From NCBI GenBank assembly GCA_964016885.1, contig OZ024742.1:109988001-110052000 (forward strand): 64,000 bases of DNA, read 5' to 3'. The DNA comes from Eledone cirrhosa. Its lineage: Eukaryota. The position numbers were made by a program, and so were the translations under genes. The notes under the pieces were generated by a model, which worked only from the letters and a program-made list of their open reading frames with translations, had not been told where the DNA came from and ran no database searches. Shown piece by piece: positions 12,508-25,490 of the stretch. Numbering within the stretch: the stretch's first letter is position 1; every line of letters starts with the position of its first letter.

Positions 12508-13595
12508 ACTAGCTGATGTACCCAGCTTTGCCCGAGTAAACAGATAAGACAAGACAGGTAAAAGAGAAAATGACTGTATTGATGTTTGTCTGGTTACAGT
12601 ATGAGGCAAGTCCGTGGTGTCTGTGTGATACAAAAAACAGTAAAAAAAAATCTTCTAGATATACCAGATTCTTCGTTGTACCATTTGTGCATAGTCTATG
12701 AACAATTTTAGGTGCTCCCACCTAGAATAGTGACCACTAGGAGATGGCTCATCTTCTGCCTGACTGTAAAACGTGTATCATTGCATAGACGTGGTTGTTC
12801 CACGTTTCTCAAAAGGATGATGGAAGTTCCAATCTTTTATATTATATGTAGATATAGATATAGATAATATAAAAGATGATGCTCAGCCAGTTCGTCTTCA
12901 ACCATCGCAGCATGCCGTCACTGCTTGGCTCCAGTGTTTCGTTGGCGTTGTTCAGCCAGCTCCTCTTCATTCATGGCGGCACGTCTTCGCCTCTGAAGTT
13001 CGGCGTCCGATGGCGCTGTACGGCCAGTTTTTCTTCATTCCTGGCTGCACGCCGTCGCCGCTGTAGTTCAGTTTGATAAAATTGAATTGCTTTTATTTCG
13101 AGCAATTGTCAAAAATTGACACAATAATAAATATAAAAGATGTCTGTCAATGTAAAAAAAGGTCCTTATTTACTCCCTTCACAATTCTGTGTATATTAGA
13201 CTGACAAACAGGCACACACAGACAGATAAACTGCGTGGCGATTCTGGAACGCCCCACGTACACACACATACACGCATGGAAACGCACACATGCATGCAAA
13301 CTTACATACGCACCCCTGCACTTACAGTTTTTGCTTTCTGTGGATCGCTGCACGCACGCACACACATAAACATACACGCACGTACTTACACACGCACACA
13401 TGGTAATAGTTACAGCGTTCACTTTGCCTCTCTGTTTCTTACTCTCCCCTCTCATTCCCTCATTGGCATTATGCGTATTAATTTAAATTTGGCGTCGTTG
13501 AGGTGGGCGGAGTCGTTTGAAACCTATGAACCAACAATGATAATTGAGAATTATGATACACGGAATACTGACGTTGTTCAAATTAATATATAGAT
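12508..13595. mobile_element. Helitron/Helentron-like non-autonomous relic(s)
   Basis: Begins actagctgatgtacccagctttgcccg, with ends ttttatattatatgtagat (~12853) and aattaatatatagat (~13594). It holds an internal (CA)-rich tract, and minus-strand 12876-13075 encodes ELQRRRRAAMNEEELAEQRQR-type repeats. Confidence 0.55.
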
Positions 13596-14254
13596 AACAT
13601 GATTCTTGTATAAAATTGTGGGAGGATTTTAAATAAGAACTTTTTAAAATGGGTGGTTTTCATAGAACCAGAGTTGGTTTTGGCTGGATTGGTATTAAAA
13701 TGGTTATTTTTATTTATTAAATTTTTTATTTTCTTTCATTATGAAAAGCTGCCACAATTCATTTATAAACTATAAAATATTTGAATCGAGTCGTGAATCT
13801 GATGTATGCTGGATAACTGTGGTAACCATTACAGATGTGTGGTTCAAGTCCTGTAACTGCCTCTAACCATTTTTTATTATCTCCATGAGTAATTTACCTA
13901 ACTTCAACTATATTATAGTTAACTCTTAACTGCCTGTATCACATAAAACTGCACTAGCAAGACATTCTTGGAAAGTACAAAACAGCATTTGGTCTGCATA
14001 ACACTAAAAATTGGTATTTACTCTAAGTTGTGAATTTTCACAATTTGTCCACAAAATTCTATAACACATTTGAATTAAGACTTGTTTTTTTGTATTTTTG
14101 TTACAGGATGTTAAGAGTAAATATATGAATTGAGGTTTGCTTTTCATAAAAGCAAATATATTTCAAATTTTCGGGCTCACCCAACTTCTTTGTAAACAAG
14201 TTTATGTTTATATATATATATATATATATATTTATAGATACATACACACACACA

Positions 14255-14797
14255 CTAGCATAGAACTCGTCAAAAATGACAGGATTTATAATAAAAGTAT
14301 GAATTGAATATTTCTTTGATTACTACATTCTATGGAAAAATATTTGAATCCTTCTCCTTATCATTCCACCCATTGCCATATTTAATTTTACATTCATTTA
14401 AATCAATTACAGTAATTTTCTTAAGTCATTATCAAACATATATCTACTTTGTTCTCTCTATGTATCTATCTTCAGACAACTATTGGGATTTGTTCATTGT
14501 TGTTGTTATTGTTGTACTTGTCTGAAGATAGACATATTGGTAAATATACATAAATATGTAGGTTAGTATATAGGCAGTTAGATAGACAGATGAAAAAGAG
14601 AGAGATATTGAGACAGACAGATAGTTGTTGTTTTTATTGTCTGAAGTTTGATTAACCCATAGGCAAATAGCTACAGATAGCAGCTGTTAAACTCCTAACA
14701 ATCTAGGTGGATATGTCATGTGGACTCTGTGTGAGAGAAGTTTGCTGGAAGATAGCAAAACAAATTCTCAAATTACTTTCCAATTTTATTATAAAGA
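14255..14797. mobile_element. Helentron-associated (HINE-like) non-autonomous element
   Basis: Starts actagcatagaactcgtcaaaaatgacagg (small hairpin), has internal GATA/GACA repeats and ends ttttattataaagat. Confidence 0.5.
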
Positions 14798-15046
14798 TAT
14801 ATCAATATCTTTGATATATTTTTAATTACTTAGTTGATATTAACTCTAATTGATTTGTTCGATTATTGCCACTACATGACTAAATCTGTATGAAATTTAT
14901 GGCATGTGGTTACACTACCATGGATGGACAAAGCATTTTGTGGTTGTGTAATTTTGTAAATCTTAATATAAAAATATATTTATATTTACAAAGTTATCTG
15001 GAATATTGAGTTGGAGGCACAGGTGTATTAGAATTCACAGAATTAT

Positions 15047-15187
15047 GGGAAGAACTCAATGCAAGGAAGCTGTTAAAATACAATGGCGCCAAAATGATGA
15101 TTTCTATACTTTGAAGTAAATTTTACCCAATGACGTCATTGATGTCATTTTGGTGTTTTAACAGCTTCCTTGCGTTGAGTTCTTCCC
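15047..15187. mobile_element. ~140-bp MITE-like inverted repeat
   Basis: gggaagaactcaatgcaaggaagctgttaaaa ... ttttaacagcttccttgcgttgagttcttccc; ~32-bp arms with 1 mismatch. Confidence 0.75.
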
Positions 15188-15204
15188 CTGTTATTCTGCT
15201 AGTT

Positions 15205-15572
15205 CATCATTTTACGTCCGCTTTTCGCTGCTTGCAAGAGTGGGACGGGAACTGATTCTGGTTTGATTTCTACAGCTGGATGCTCTTCCTAACACCAACC
15301 TCATTTACAGTGAGTGCTGGGTGCTTTTTTTCCGTGGTGCCTACACGACCACTTTACAGTGTGGGCTGGGTGCTTTTTTGCCATGGCACCTCCACGACCA
15401 CTTTGAAGTGGAATGATAGTGACCCCAATCCCTATCATCTCATTTCTACAGCTGAGTAAACTGGAGCAATGTAAAATAAAGTGTCTTGCTCAAGAAAACA
15501 CATCACCCAGTCTGAGAATTGAACTCACAACCTTTCGATTGCAAGGCCAATGCTCTAACCACTAAGCCTCCA
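15205..15572 (-). mobile_element. tRNA-derived CORE-type SINE with RTE-derived tail
   Basis: Minus strand has A box ggcttagtggttagagc, B box gagttcaattc, CORE-like cttgagcaagacacttt...tccagtttactcagctgtagaaatgag and a tail shared with the RTE copies. Confidence 0.8.
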
Positions 15573-15652
15573 ATGTATTTATATTTCTTTATAAACTTAT
15601 CAATTTAAAATATTTGTTTGTTATTGTTACAAATCATTTTTTTTTTTTTCAG

Positions 15653-15916
15653 TTTAAATACTTTGACTCTGGGGACTATAACATGGCTAAAGCCAAACAG
15701 AACAACCCATCGGCTCCATTGCCAGCACTAGAGAAACGCTATTTCCAAGATTCGTTTGGAGAGCCCATACCGAAACCTCTCAAACCAGAAAACCTCCCTC
15801 CAAAGAAACCTCACTGTCAGACGAGCAAACTGGCCGGTGATACAGCTGCAGCAGCGGCGGCGGCGGCAGCAGCAACTGCTGCTAGCACAGCCTCCTCTTC
15901 CCCATCTCCTTTATGA
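15653..15916 (+). CDS. ENSA: Alpha-endosulfine/ARPP19 family protein, last coding exon (FKYFDSGDYNMAKAK...SKLAGDTAAAAAAAAAATAASTASSSPSPL*)
   Basis: Poly-T...cag| acceptor, invariant Greatwall/MASTL site KYFDSGDY, SKLAG motif and TGA at 15914-15916. Confidence 0.95.
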   Translation, partial: FKYFDSGDYNMAKAKQNNPSAPLPALEKRYFQDSFGEPIPKPLKPENLPPKKPHCQTSKLAGDTAAAAAAAAAATAASTASSSPSPL

Positions 15917-17033
15917 TCAGACATTAAATACTTTGCTGGCTTTTCTTTTTTCTTTTCTTTTGGCTGCCTCCTTTTTTTTCCCCTTCCCACCAACCCAGCC
16001 CATCCCACCTCTTTTTATTTTTTATATTTTTTTTTATTATAATTGTTTATGTGAGAACAGTAAATCGGCAGAGTCGTTGTTAGAATGTCGGAGTGGATAG
16101 AATGCTTTGCAATATATTCATTCTGGTCGTCTGCTGCGCTTCAGAATTTCAAATCCTGCCGAGGTCAACTCTGCCTCTCATCTTTTTGGATCGATAAAGC
16201 TCTAGCCCAGTACTGGGGTCGATTCTCTATCTCTATATATGTATATATATGTGTGTATATATATACGTATATATGTATGTGTGTGTGTATATATATATAG
16301 ATATATATATACATAATGTATGCTTTTTCCTGAATATTTGTTGTCTTCTGTATAAGGTTCCCACGTTGTCTATGCTTCCTGTTCAAAGTCCTTTCAAAAT
16401 TGAACTATTAATTGCCACTCTGAGACAACAAACTTATTTTGTGTATTGAGTGTTGATTGGGCTAACTGAGATATATCGACTCGTGTTGCCTTCCTGAATC
16501 TATGACTTCAATAAATTCCAAATATCAGGGATAATGGATGATTGATGATTATGTATGTGTGTGTGTAAATTTCTCTCTGTTCTTCTGGAAGAAATCGGCT
16601 GTGTTCCAACTTGGAGAGGGATGAGCTCCACCAGGTTTAAAATGCCTAAGACACTCTATTCCATTTGTCACAGCGGTGCTCCTATGACTCCATCAGGATT
16701 TAAGTACTGCACGATGTGTGTGTATATGTGTCTTTCTCTCTCTCTTTTTTTTTTTTCCAGTTGAACAGCAGTCATGATACTCACTCCTCCACTCTGTCTT
16801 CTTCGCATTATTGGACACATGCTTTCATTTTTGAAAGAAAAAAAACAAACACTAATGCAATTGCAAATTATATCTTGTTCCCTCCTTCTCTTTTGTTGTT
16901 GTTGTTGTCACATTGCATATGTAACCACAAAAAATAGCAGTCATTATAAAAAAAATTTTTTACTGCAGCAGCAACAATACATGTTAGGAATCACCAAGTT
17001 GTTGTTGGAGATTTTGCAAAAAAAAAAGGTTTA

Positions 17034-17039
17034 AATAAA
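17034..17039 (+). promoter_or_regulatory. Candidate polyadenylation signal of the endosulfine gene (alternative at 19610-19615)
   Basis: AATAAA lies downstream of a low-complexity 3'UTR-like region. Usage cannot be proven from sequence. Confidence 0.35.
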
Positions 17040-20000
17040 ATGAGTGAAATCACTTTCAATGCCATGGCCATCCAGTGAGTGAATTATGATAATAATAATG
17101 AATTTTAATTTAGGCATAAGGCCAGCAATTTGGGCAGAGAGGGGTAAGTGGATTATGTTGACTGGGATTTCTTTTTATTGACATCTGGAAGGATGAAAGG
17201 CAAAGTTGATCCTGGATTGGATTTGAACTCAATGTAAAGAGCTGTATCTAAATGCCGAAAGCATTTTGTCTGATACTCTTATTCTTTTTATCCACTGCCC
17301 TAATAATAATTGTTTCTACTTTTGGCAAAGGTGAGCAATTTGAGGGGAAAGGGAAAGTTGATTAAACCAACCCCAGTGCATTACTAGTACTTTAATTTAT
17401 GACCCCATAAGGAATAAAAGCAAAGCTAACCTAAGTAGGATTTGAACTCCAAATGTAAAGGCATAAATAAATGCCATAAAGCATTTTGTCTGGTGCGCTA
17501 ACAATTCTGCCAATCCACCTTTAATAATTATGGTTTCTTTGTTAGCCATATGGGCAAGTGCGTAGAATACAGTAACCATTTTAATCATAGATGTTACAAT
17601 TCATGTAGAGGTTGAACAAACCAATTTATATAAAACGAGGGTAGGAGTAAGGATGTTACACAAAAAAGAAACCATAACAATTTGGTAAAACATGAAATAA
17701 GAAGTATTACAAAGCCCAAGAGGTGAAGCATGAATGGTATTTAAGTTTACCCCCCCCCCCCCTCCCATGCAGGTGATAAACCACTAGTTAAGTTGTGACA
17801 TTTCTGCTCATCCACTTTGCATTGCACACTTCTCAGAATCACTGAAACTTCCCATAAGCATTTTTTTTTTTTTTAGTTATTTGTTCCAGCCCTTTACCTT
17901 CTGAGTTCAAATCCAGCTGAGGTTGATTTAATCAAACCCTCTCTTTCTACTCCAAAATGCTGATCTTGTACTTAAATTAGAAACTGGAATTTGTCAGAAA
18001 TGCTACAGCGTTGGCCAAAATGCATTTTGTGGTATTTCTTCTGGCTCTTTACTTTCTGATTTCAAATTCCACCAAAGTCAATTTTGCATTTCATCCGTCT
18101 GGATCAATAAAGTACCAGCCCAGTCAAGTATTGGCAAGGGATGGGGTGTTGATGTAATCAGCTTATTTCCAATCCCTCTCCATCTGCCTAAGAAATTTCT
18201 GACCTTGTGCCTAAATTAGGAACCATTCATAAATATCTATTTTTATTCAGTATATTCTTTCTCTTTTAAATGTTTTAGAATTTCTACCAGTAGTACTTAC
18301 TGTAAAGGAATGTGGCCACATGGTTAGGGTGTTGGATTTACAATCATAAGGTCATGGGTCTGATTTGTATTCTTGAGCAAGATGCTTCATTTCATGTTGC
18401 TTTTAATGATAGGATTGGGGTCCCTATCATTAACACTCAAGAAACCTATGAGATGCACCCTCATAGGCGGCAAACTAACCATATATTAGTGTGAGCTGTA
18501 AAAACATGGCTGGGGGCCCCTATAATTAAAATTCCCAAGAAACCTATGAGATGTAATCTTATAAAGGGGACTAGCTAAACTTACATTGTAACATTTCCTT
18601 TTCTTTCTTTTTTTTTTTTTTTAGAACTTACCGATTTCCAATTCTTTTTGTAACAATCTGATGGTGGGGTTTTGTCAATTTTTTTACATTGTTTTTTTTT
18701 TTTTTCATTAAAAATTTTTTTAAGTTGTAAATTTTGTCTTTTTACATTGCTTTGTTGCCCCTGTTCAGTTTCTAATGGATATGGAACTGGCTTAATTCAT
18801 GCAGGACGGACACTGTAAAGTGGTTGACATTAGAAAAGGCAACCTGCTATAGAAACCATGTCAATATGGAAGATGTGAGCAAGACTCGGTCATCTGACCT
18901 GTCTAATTCTTCTGTTCTGCACTTATTGATATTAAAACTGACATTTGTCGTTCCTGTTGACTTTCTTTTCTTGGTTTTTTAACCATTAGTGTTGATTTCT
19001 AGCTAGCTTATCTCTCTCTCCCCCATATATATATATACATACATATATATATACATACTCACACACACACACACACACACACTTGATTCCTTGATTAAAA
19101 GTTTAAAGCGTGGTATTTTCTTGTGTGTGTGTGTGTGTGTGTGTGTGTTCATGTATGGAGACTGGGAAGACCACAGATCAGGTTAGTACATGATGCATGT
19201 TTAGATACATAATTGGTATAGAAATTCAGAAAAATTCCAATGGAAGACTATGTTTCAACTGGGCAAGCAAGCCAGCCAGTCACACAGGAGCCCTCTGTTG
19301 TGATTTTTCTCAATTTCCCTCTCTCTCTATATATATATATATTTGTGTATATGGATAGTGCGCTTTGAAGGCTGGCCAGGCAAAATTATTGGCTAATGGA
19401 GATGTTTATTATTTCCTGTTTTTTTTTTTTTTTTTTGTTTTTCTTTCCTCTTCAGTATTCTAACTCCATCTCCTGTCATCTACTTTAGAGTTAGAAAGCT
19501 GGAAAGACTAAATAATTAATTGTTGCATGATAGATAAGAATACTTGGCATATTCTTAATGTTTACAATTGCTAATGCAATTATGTTATATCACTTGTTGG
19601 CATCAGTTGAATAAAAAAAGACAAAAAAAATCTATATGTATATAAATATATATATAAATATGATTTAATGTTTTTCTCACTTTAGCCATTTGATTCTTGG
19701 CTGTCTTGATTAAAAACTTTTTTAAATTAATTCCAATGTTTTATTCATTTTTCTGTGTGTGTGTGTATACTAAAGCTCCCTGCTTCAACATTATTGGTGG
19801 TGTCATAAATACAGGTTCAAAAAAAGCACTAGATGATGCTATGACGGGAAGGAGGAGATAGGTACCTAAACATAGGACAATCTATGATACATATAAGTCA
19901 GTTGGTGATAGTAAGTGCATCCACTTGTAGAAGCCATGCCAAAAAGGGTTAAGGGGCTTCTGTAGTTGTTGTGGACTTATGCCCAGTGCACACTATTAGT

Positions 20001-20414
20001 GCAGTAATGTAAGTGGGATGAAGTCTTGGCCCATCTGAGGCTCCAATTAAATACTGGCTTAGTTTGCAATGGCCTGTCCAACTTTTGCTAGCAGGGAAAA
20101 TGGATATTAAATGATGTATGTATATCATTTTACGTCTGCTGGTCCCCACATGCATGGGTTGGATGGGTCCTTCTCAGTACAGCATCTTTCCATTTGTCAC
20201 GTACATATGTACAAAGATCTACTTTATGAATATGTTTTGTATTCTTTTACAAAACCCACCTCGCAAACTTCATCACAATATGTGGAGCGACGTACTGACT
20301 TATTCTCTTCTTTTTTTCTCCCTCACACTTGTAGAGATATTCAATCTGTCTGCGACAATGGTGGACTTCAAATCTTAAAGCTAAGACCATGGTTTTTATA
20401 TTACTATCTCACTC

Positions 20415-23245
20415 TCATATTAATAACCTCTCAGCTATGTTTCACCTCTAGCAACTATCAAGGTAAACATCTCAGGACTGCCACCCTCAATGTTGGTAAC
20501 CTCAAAGGTAAATCAGGTGGAACTGTTGGAGAGTAGATGTATGCTGTGAACAAGAAGTGAAATGGGTGCCTCAGCGAGACAAGCAACTTAGATATAAACT
20601 CTACTAGATAGATGAAGGCATCCTACTAGGTGAGAAATGGATAGGTAGAGTAAGTGACAGAATCATCAAGCTTTGATTAACTGTAGGAAATAGACTGATG
20701 ACAATCACATCTACCTATGCTCTACAGGCAGGACTGGGTAAAGAACAAAAAGATAGGTTCTATGAGGAACTTTTACAGACAACAGGTGTTGATGAAAGAC
20801 ATGTGGGACAGTACCAGGATGGATTCAATGGAGTTTGTGGCGGCTATGATTATGGCTCAAAGACTCTTGGATTTCTGTGATGCAAATGAACTAACCATCT
20901 GCACCACAAATTTCAGGAAACCAGCCAACCACCTGATTTCTTATCAATCAGTTGAACAATTGATTACTTGTTAGAAAAGATAAACAGACTAAAAAATACT
21001 AAGGCTGTCCCTGTGGAAGAATGCACAAATTAGTTATTAGCGACATCAAAATAAACAAAAGACAAAAGGACACGCAGGAAAATATGGAGATGGAGGGTGT
21101 GGAAGCTAAATATAAGTTTAGAAAGGTCCTACAGAATGTATTTGATGAGGGGGACGACAAACTAGATACATATGTAGAGGACAACCAGAAATTCTGATGC
21201 GACAACCTTTTGTGAACTACCGGTGAGACTTGCGGCTGGAGTAAAGTGCCAGACAGTCAGAGGTTGACCTGGTGGTGGAACAGCACAGTAGATGCAGCCA
21301 TTAAAGCCAAGAGACAGGTATGGAAAGACTGGAAAAATAGAGACCGGTACCAAGTAGCTAAGAATAAAGTTAGGTGATAGATATACACAGCTTGGAGAGA
21401 GGCTGAAGAAAGTAAATTTGTCAATGTCTTGAGACGTGGGGATCAGAAGTGTTCTGTATTGCAAGGCAGTGTATTAGTGTGAATCAAGATTTGGGAGAAA
21501 GATGTGTTAGAAATGACACTGATGCCCAAAAGAAAGAGGCCAGGAAATGTTACTGAGATATTAATGAATGGGAGGAAGAGAAACTATCCCCAACATACTT
21601 AAAAGAAAGACCAGTTATTGAAGTTGATAATTTTAAGGTCAAAGATGCAATTAAGGAAATGTAGATTGGTAAAGCTGTAATACATGATGGAGTCATACCC
21701 AATGACCGGTGCAGCAGTACAATTAGAAATTATTACAAGGGCAAAGGTGATGCTCTAGAAAGGAGCAACTATAGAGGAATAAAACTAATGGATCAAGTTA
21801 TGGAAGTGCCGGAAAGAGTTATAACATAGCTAATTAGGGAAAGTGTCAAAATAGATAAGATACGGTTTGGTTTCGTGCCTGGGAAAATTACTACAGATGC
21901 TTTCTTAGTAAAGCAACTATAAGAGAAGTTTCTAGCCAATTATAAACCACTATATTTAGCTTTTGTGGATCTAGAAAAGGCCTTTGACAGAGTACCTCGA
22001 TCTACATCTGGTGGTCCTTAAGGAAATTAGGTGTAGAAGAATGGCTTGGGAGAGCAGTGCAAGCTATGTACAGAGGAGTTGTCAGTAAAGTGAGAGTAGG
22101 AAATGAGTTTAGCAAGGAATTCGAGGAACAGGTAGAAATTCATTACGGTTCAGTTGTTAGCCCATTGCTGTTCATCATAGTTCTTCAGGCCATAACAGAG
22201 AATTTTCAATCGAGCTGCCATGGGAACTTCTCTATGCAGATGATTTGGTCCTTATAGCTGAAACCAAAAAAGAGCTACAAAAATAAATTTTGATTATGGA
22301 ATCAAAAGGTCTGAGAGTAAACTTAGCCAAACTGAATTGCTGGTGAGTAGGAGAGAAGATAAGACCCAGATTCAGCCAGGGAAGTGACCTGCTCAATATG
22401 CAGAAAAGGAGTAGGCATAAACTCCATACAATGTACACAATGTAAGTCAAGTCTTGGATACACAAAAAATGTAGTGGGATAACAAGTAGACTAATAGGAA
22501 GGAAGAACTTTTCTTGTAGAAGATGCACAGGATAAATCGAGAGGAAGAGTGCTGATGATATAAACCTTTTCTAGTCACAAGGATCCATAGACGTGGTCGA
22601 TAGCTTCTGCTATCTAGGTGACCTAATTAGCAGCAGAAGAGAGTGTGCCAAGAGTATAAGGGCTAGAATAAGTTTAGAGAACTACATCCACTGCTCACAA
22701 CAAAAGGTTTCTTCCTACATCCAAAAAGAAGGCTGTATGACGCCTGTGTGGTGCACAATGCAGTATGTTATTGAAACATGGGCTGTGACTGCAGAGGACA
22801 TGTGTAGACTGGAGAGAAATGAAGCAACCATATTTTGTTGGATGTGTAATGTAAATGTGAGATAAAGGCAGCTGGATTTAAGGGGAATCTGAGATGGTGT
22901 GCAGGAGAGAAGACTGCATTGGTATGGACATTAAACTAAATGTCTGGGGACCTGCATAGTCAATCAGGTAATACAGGACAGTGATACCCAATGACTGGCA
23001 CAGCAGTATATGCATTAATTGATACAAGGGAATTGGTGATACCCAAGAATAAAATAATGGAATAAGTTATGAAAGAGACAGGAAGAATTCTAGCACAGCT
23101 AATTACAGAGAGTCAAATTAGATGAGATGCAGCTTGGTTTTAAGATGTTCCCAGCTAAGAGTAAGCTTTTACATTTAGCTTTTGTTGAGAAGTCCTTTAA
23201 AAGGGGACCACAAGCATGGAAAATAGATGTAAGACAGTGATGATT
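20415..23245 (+). mobile_element. Decayed near-full-length RTE LINE
   Basis: LRTATLNVGNLKGK endonuclease start, FYEELLQTT, SVVSPLLFIIVLQAIT, FCYLGDLISS and RLERNEA. Confidence 0.9.
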
Positions 23246-24164
23246 ATCTATATATATACAATTCTTTTCTGTCATTTAAATCTGAATGATAGGAATGTTT
23301 GGAAATTATGTTGTAAAAAATCTGTCCTTAGTAATTTGAGCAAAAGTAAACTGCATTGCTTCAAATGTTCATCATTTATCCAGTTTGCTTTTTGTTTTCA
23401 CTCCAAATTGAAAAGGAATAGTCCAGCCAATAAGTATTACATTTTCCCATTAGTTTGTTTACTTAAAGATATTTTTTTAGTTCAAATTTCCAATACTCTT
23501 TTATATACAAGAGTTAACTGAAGCTGCGTATCTAAATAAATACACAATGTATTCTTTTACTGGTTTCATTTAGGTTACTGCCTCGATTTAGTCAATCATA
23601 TCAACTCCCAGTACTTATTCACTTAGGTATGGAACATAAGCAAACAGGCACAGACACACAATGGGTTTCTACAGATTGCATTTACCAAATTTTATTCACA
23701 AGACTATAATAGAAAACATTTACTTAAATTGCCACAGTGGAAGTGAATCTGAAAACCAGGTTGCAAAGCAAACTCATGAACTACACAACCATGCTGTGTA
23801 AAATATATATATATTTCACAAATTTGATAATTAAAATTTAAAATTTCTTCAATTTATTAGAATGTATACACTCTTGGTATCTCTTCCTAAAGAGGAAATG
23901 CTAATGTGTGTCTAAATGTCAATTTAAATTGTCATTTACACCTTTTGAGTAAACTATGTAAGACGAGCCCTTCATCAGCATTCAGTTGTTCAACTGAACA
24001 CTCGACTTGAAATTAACTCCCTTGCTTCTGTGACATTAAGCAGTTTATTCGTGTTCACATTTCAGTCATTCTGTAAAACCAGCTGAACAATGACGTTATA
24101 TTACTAAATCCCTACAAATTCTTGATTTTCAAAATTATTTAAAAATCAAGAATTTGTAGGGATA

Positions 24165-25490
24165 CCACATTGTCCTTTGCACAGGAGACCAAGGGATATG
24201 TTCAAGCCTTAGGTAGAGGGGCCTGCAACCTGTCTCAGAAAGCATGAGATGGAAGCACAACGTTTACATATACCAAGACCCCAGAGAGGTGCAAACCATG
24301 ACAATTGGTAACTGGAATGTTACAACCCTTTGAGGCAAGGAGCAGGTCAAAATGCTGCTGGCTAGATATAGTTGGGGTTTCCTCATCAAAGATCCTTCTT
24401 TGATGAAATGTTAGATGTAGTTAAGATTACATCAAATGAGATTCAATACACAAGTTGGCAGTGACCACCCGACATGGAAAGGATTGACTGGAAGGAACAG
24501 CTATCCCAATCTAAATATGAATGGAGGCCTTATTAGACTTCTGTTCTAGTAATTGACTTTCTATTATGAACATCTTCCAGCACAAAGATATCCATAGATA
24601 CTGGTTTTGTTATTGTCTCTAATCTCCTTGATTCTGTGCTGGATGCTTGTCTTAAGAGGGGCTGAGCTGTCAACTGATCACCATCTAGTTATCTGCAGCT
24701 TAAGACTACCCAAAGCCAAGGGAGCCCACAAAACTTGCAGATAAGGAAGTCAGGAACAGGCTTTTGGATACTATTGCATCCAAATTCAGAAAACTCCCTG
24801 AGGACGTTGACATGGTAGTTTCTGCTTCAGCTGAATGAAGCTTGGTGTGGCAGAACCACCAGAGATGCCATCCGAGCAAAGGTGACTTACAAAGCTTGGT
24901 TTGGAAATAAGTCCTCTTTCTAGCACTTGCAGTAAAAGAGTCCAAAGATAAGCCATGGGAAGACATTGGGATTAAGCTGGAATCCGATTTCAGATCAGCA
25001 AATAGTGTTCTAGACTATCCGCAGACTTTGTAATAAGTCTTCCTCCATGCCTTCTATCAAGGAAGCACCTGGTAATCTCTTCCCTTCAGAGTGGTGTATC
25101 CTCTAGAGGTGGTGAGAATACTTAGCTGATATAAACCTGGTCACAACAGCATCTTCTGATGTACACAAAGAGCATCTGGGACCAATATCTAACGTCTCAG
25201 TGGCAGAGATCACAAGAACAATTAGAGCTGAAATATGGCAAGGTTACTGAGGAGAATGAAATTCAGTCCAAGATGTTAAAAGCCTTAAATAGAGAGTCTC
25301 TGGCTGACTTGTGGGACCTGGATCTCTGGAAAGGCACCTAAACAATGACAATTGAGTGTGATAATCCTAAGGGAGACAAGAAAGATTTCTTCCATTATAG
25401 AAAGATCTTTGTTAAGCCTCACTGGTAAAGTCTATGCTAAGTGTCTGACAAAGAGATGTAGGGATATTGTCAAGTCCATGGTAACAAAGA
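24165..25490 (+). mobile_element. Decayed RTE-like LINE of a second family (endonuclease to RT N-terminus)
   Basis: ggtaactggaatgttacaacc (GNWNVTT), gagctgtcaactgatcaccatcta (ELSTDHHL) and NEIQSKMLKAL...SLTGKVYAK remnants. Confidence 0.65.

Noticed and set aside
15530-15572. tRNA-like sequences with A/B boxes (also 43260-43345 and others)
   Set aside because: These are SINE heads running into SINE bodies, with no complete cloverleaf.
23955-24005. Minus-strand CTGATGA next to a small hairpin
   Set aside because: No correctly placed GAAA or stem II.
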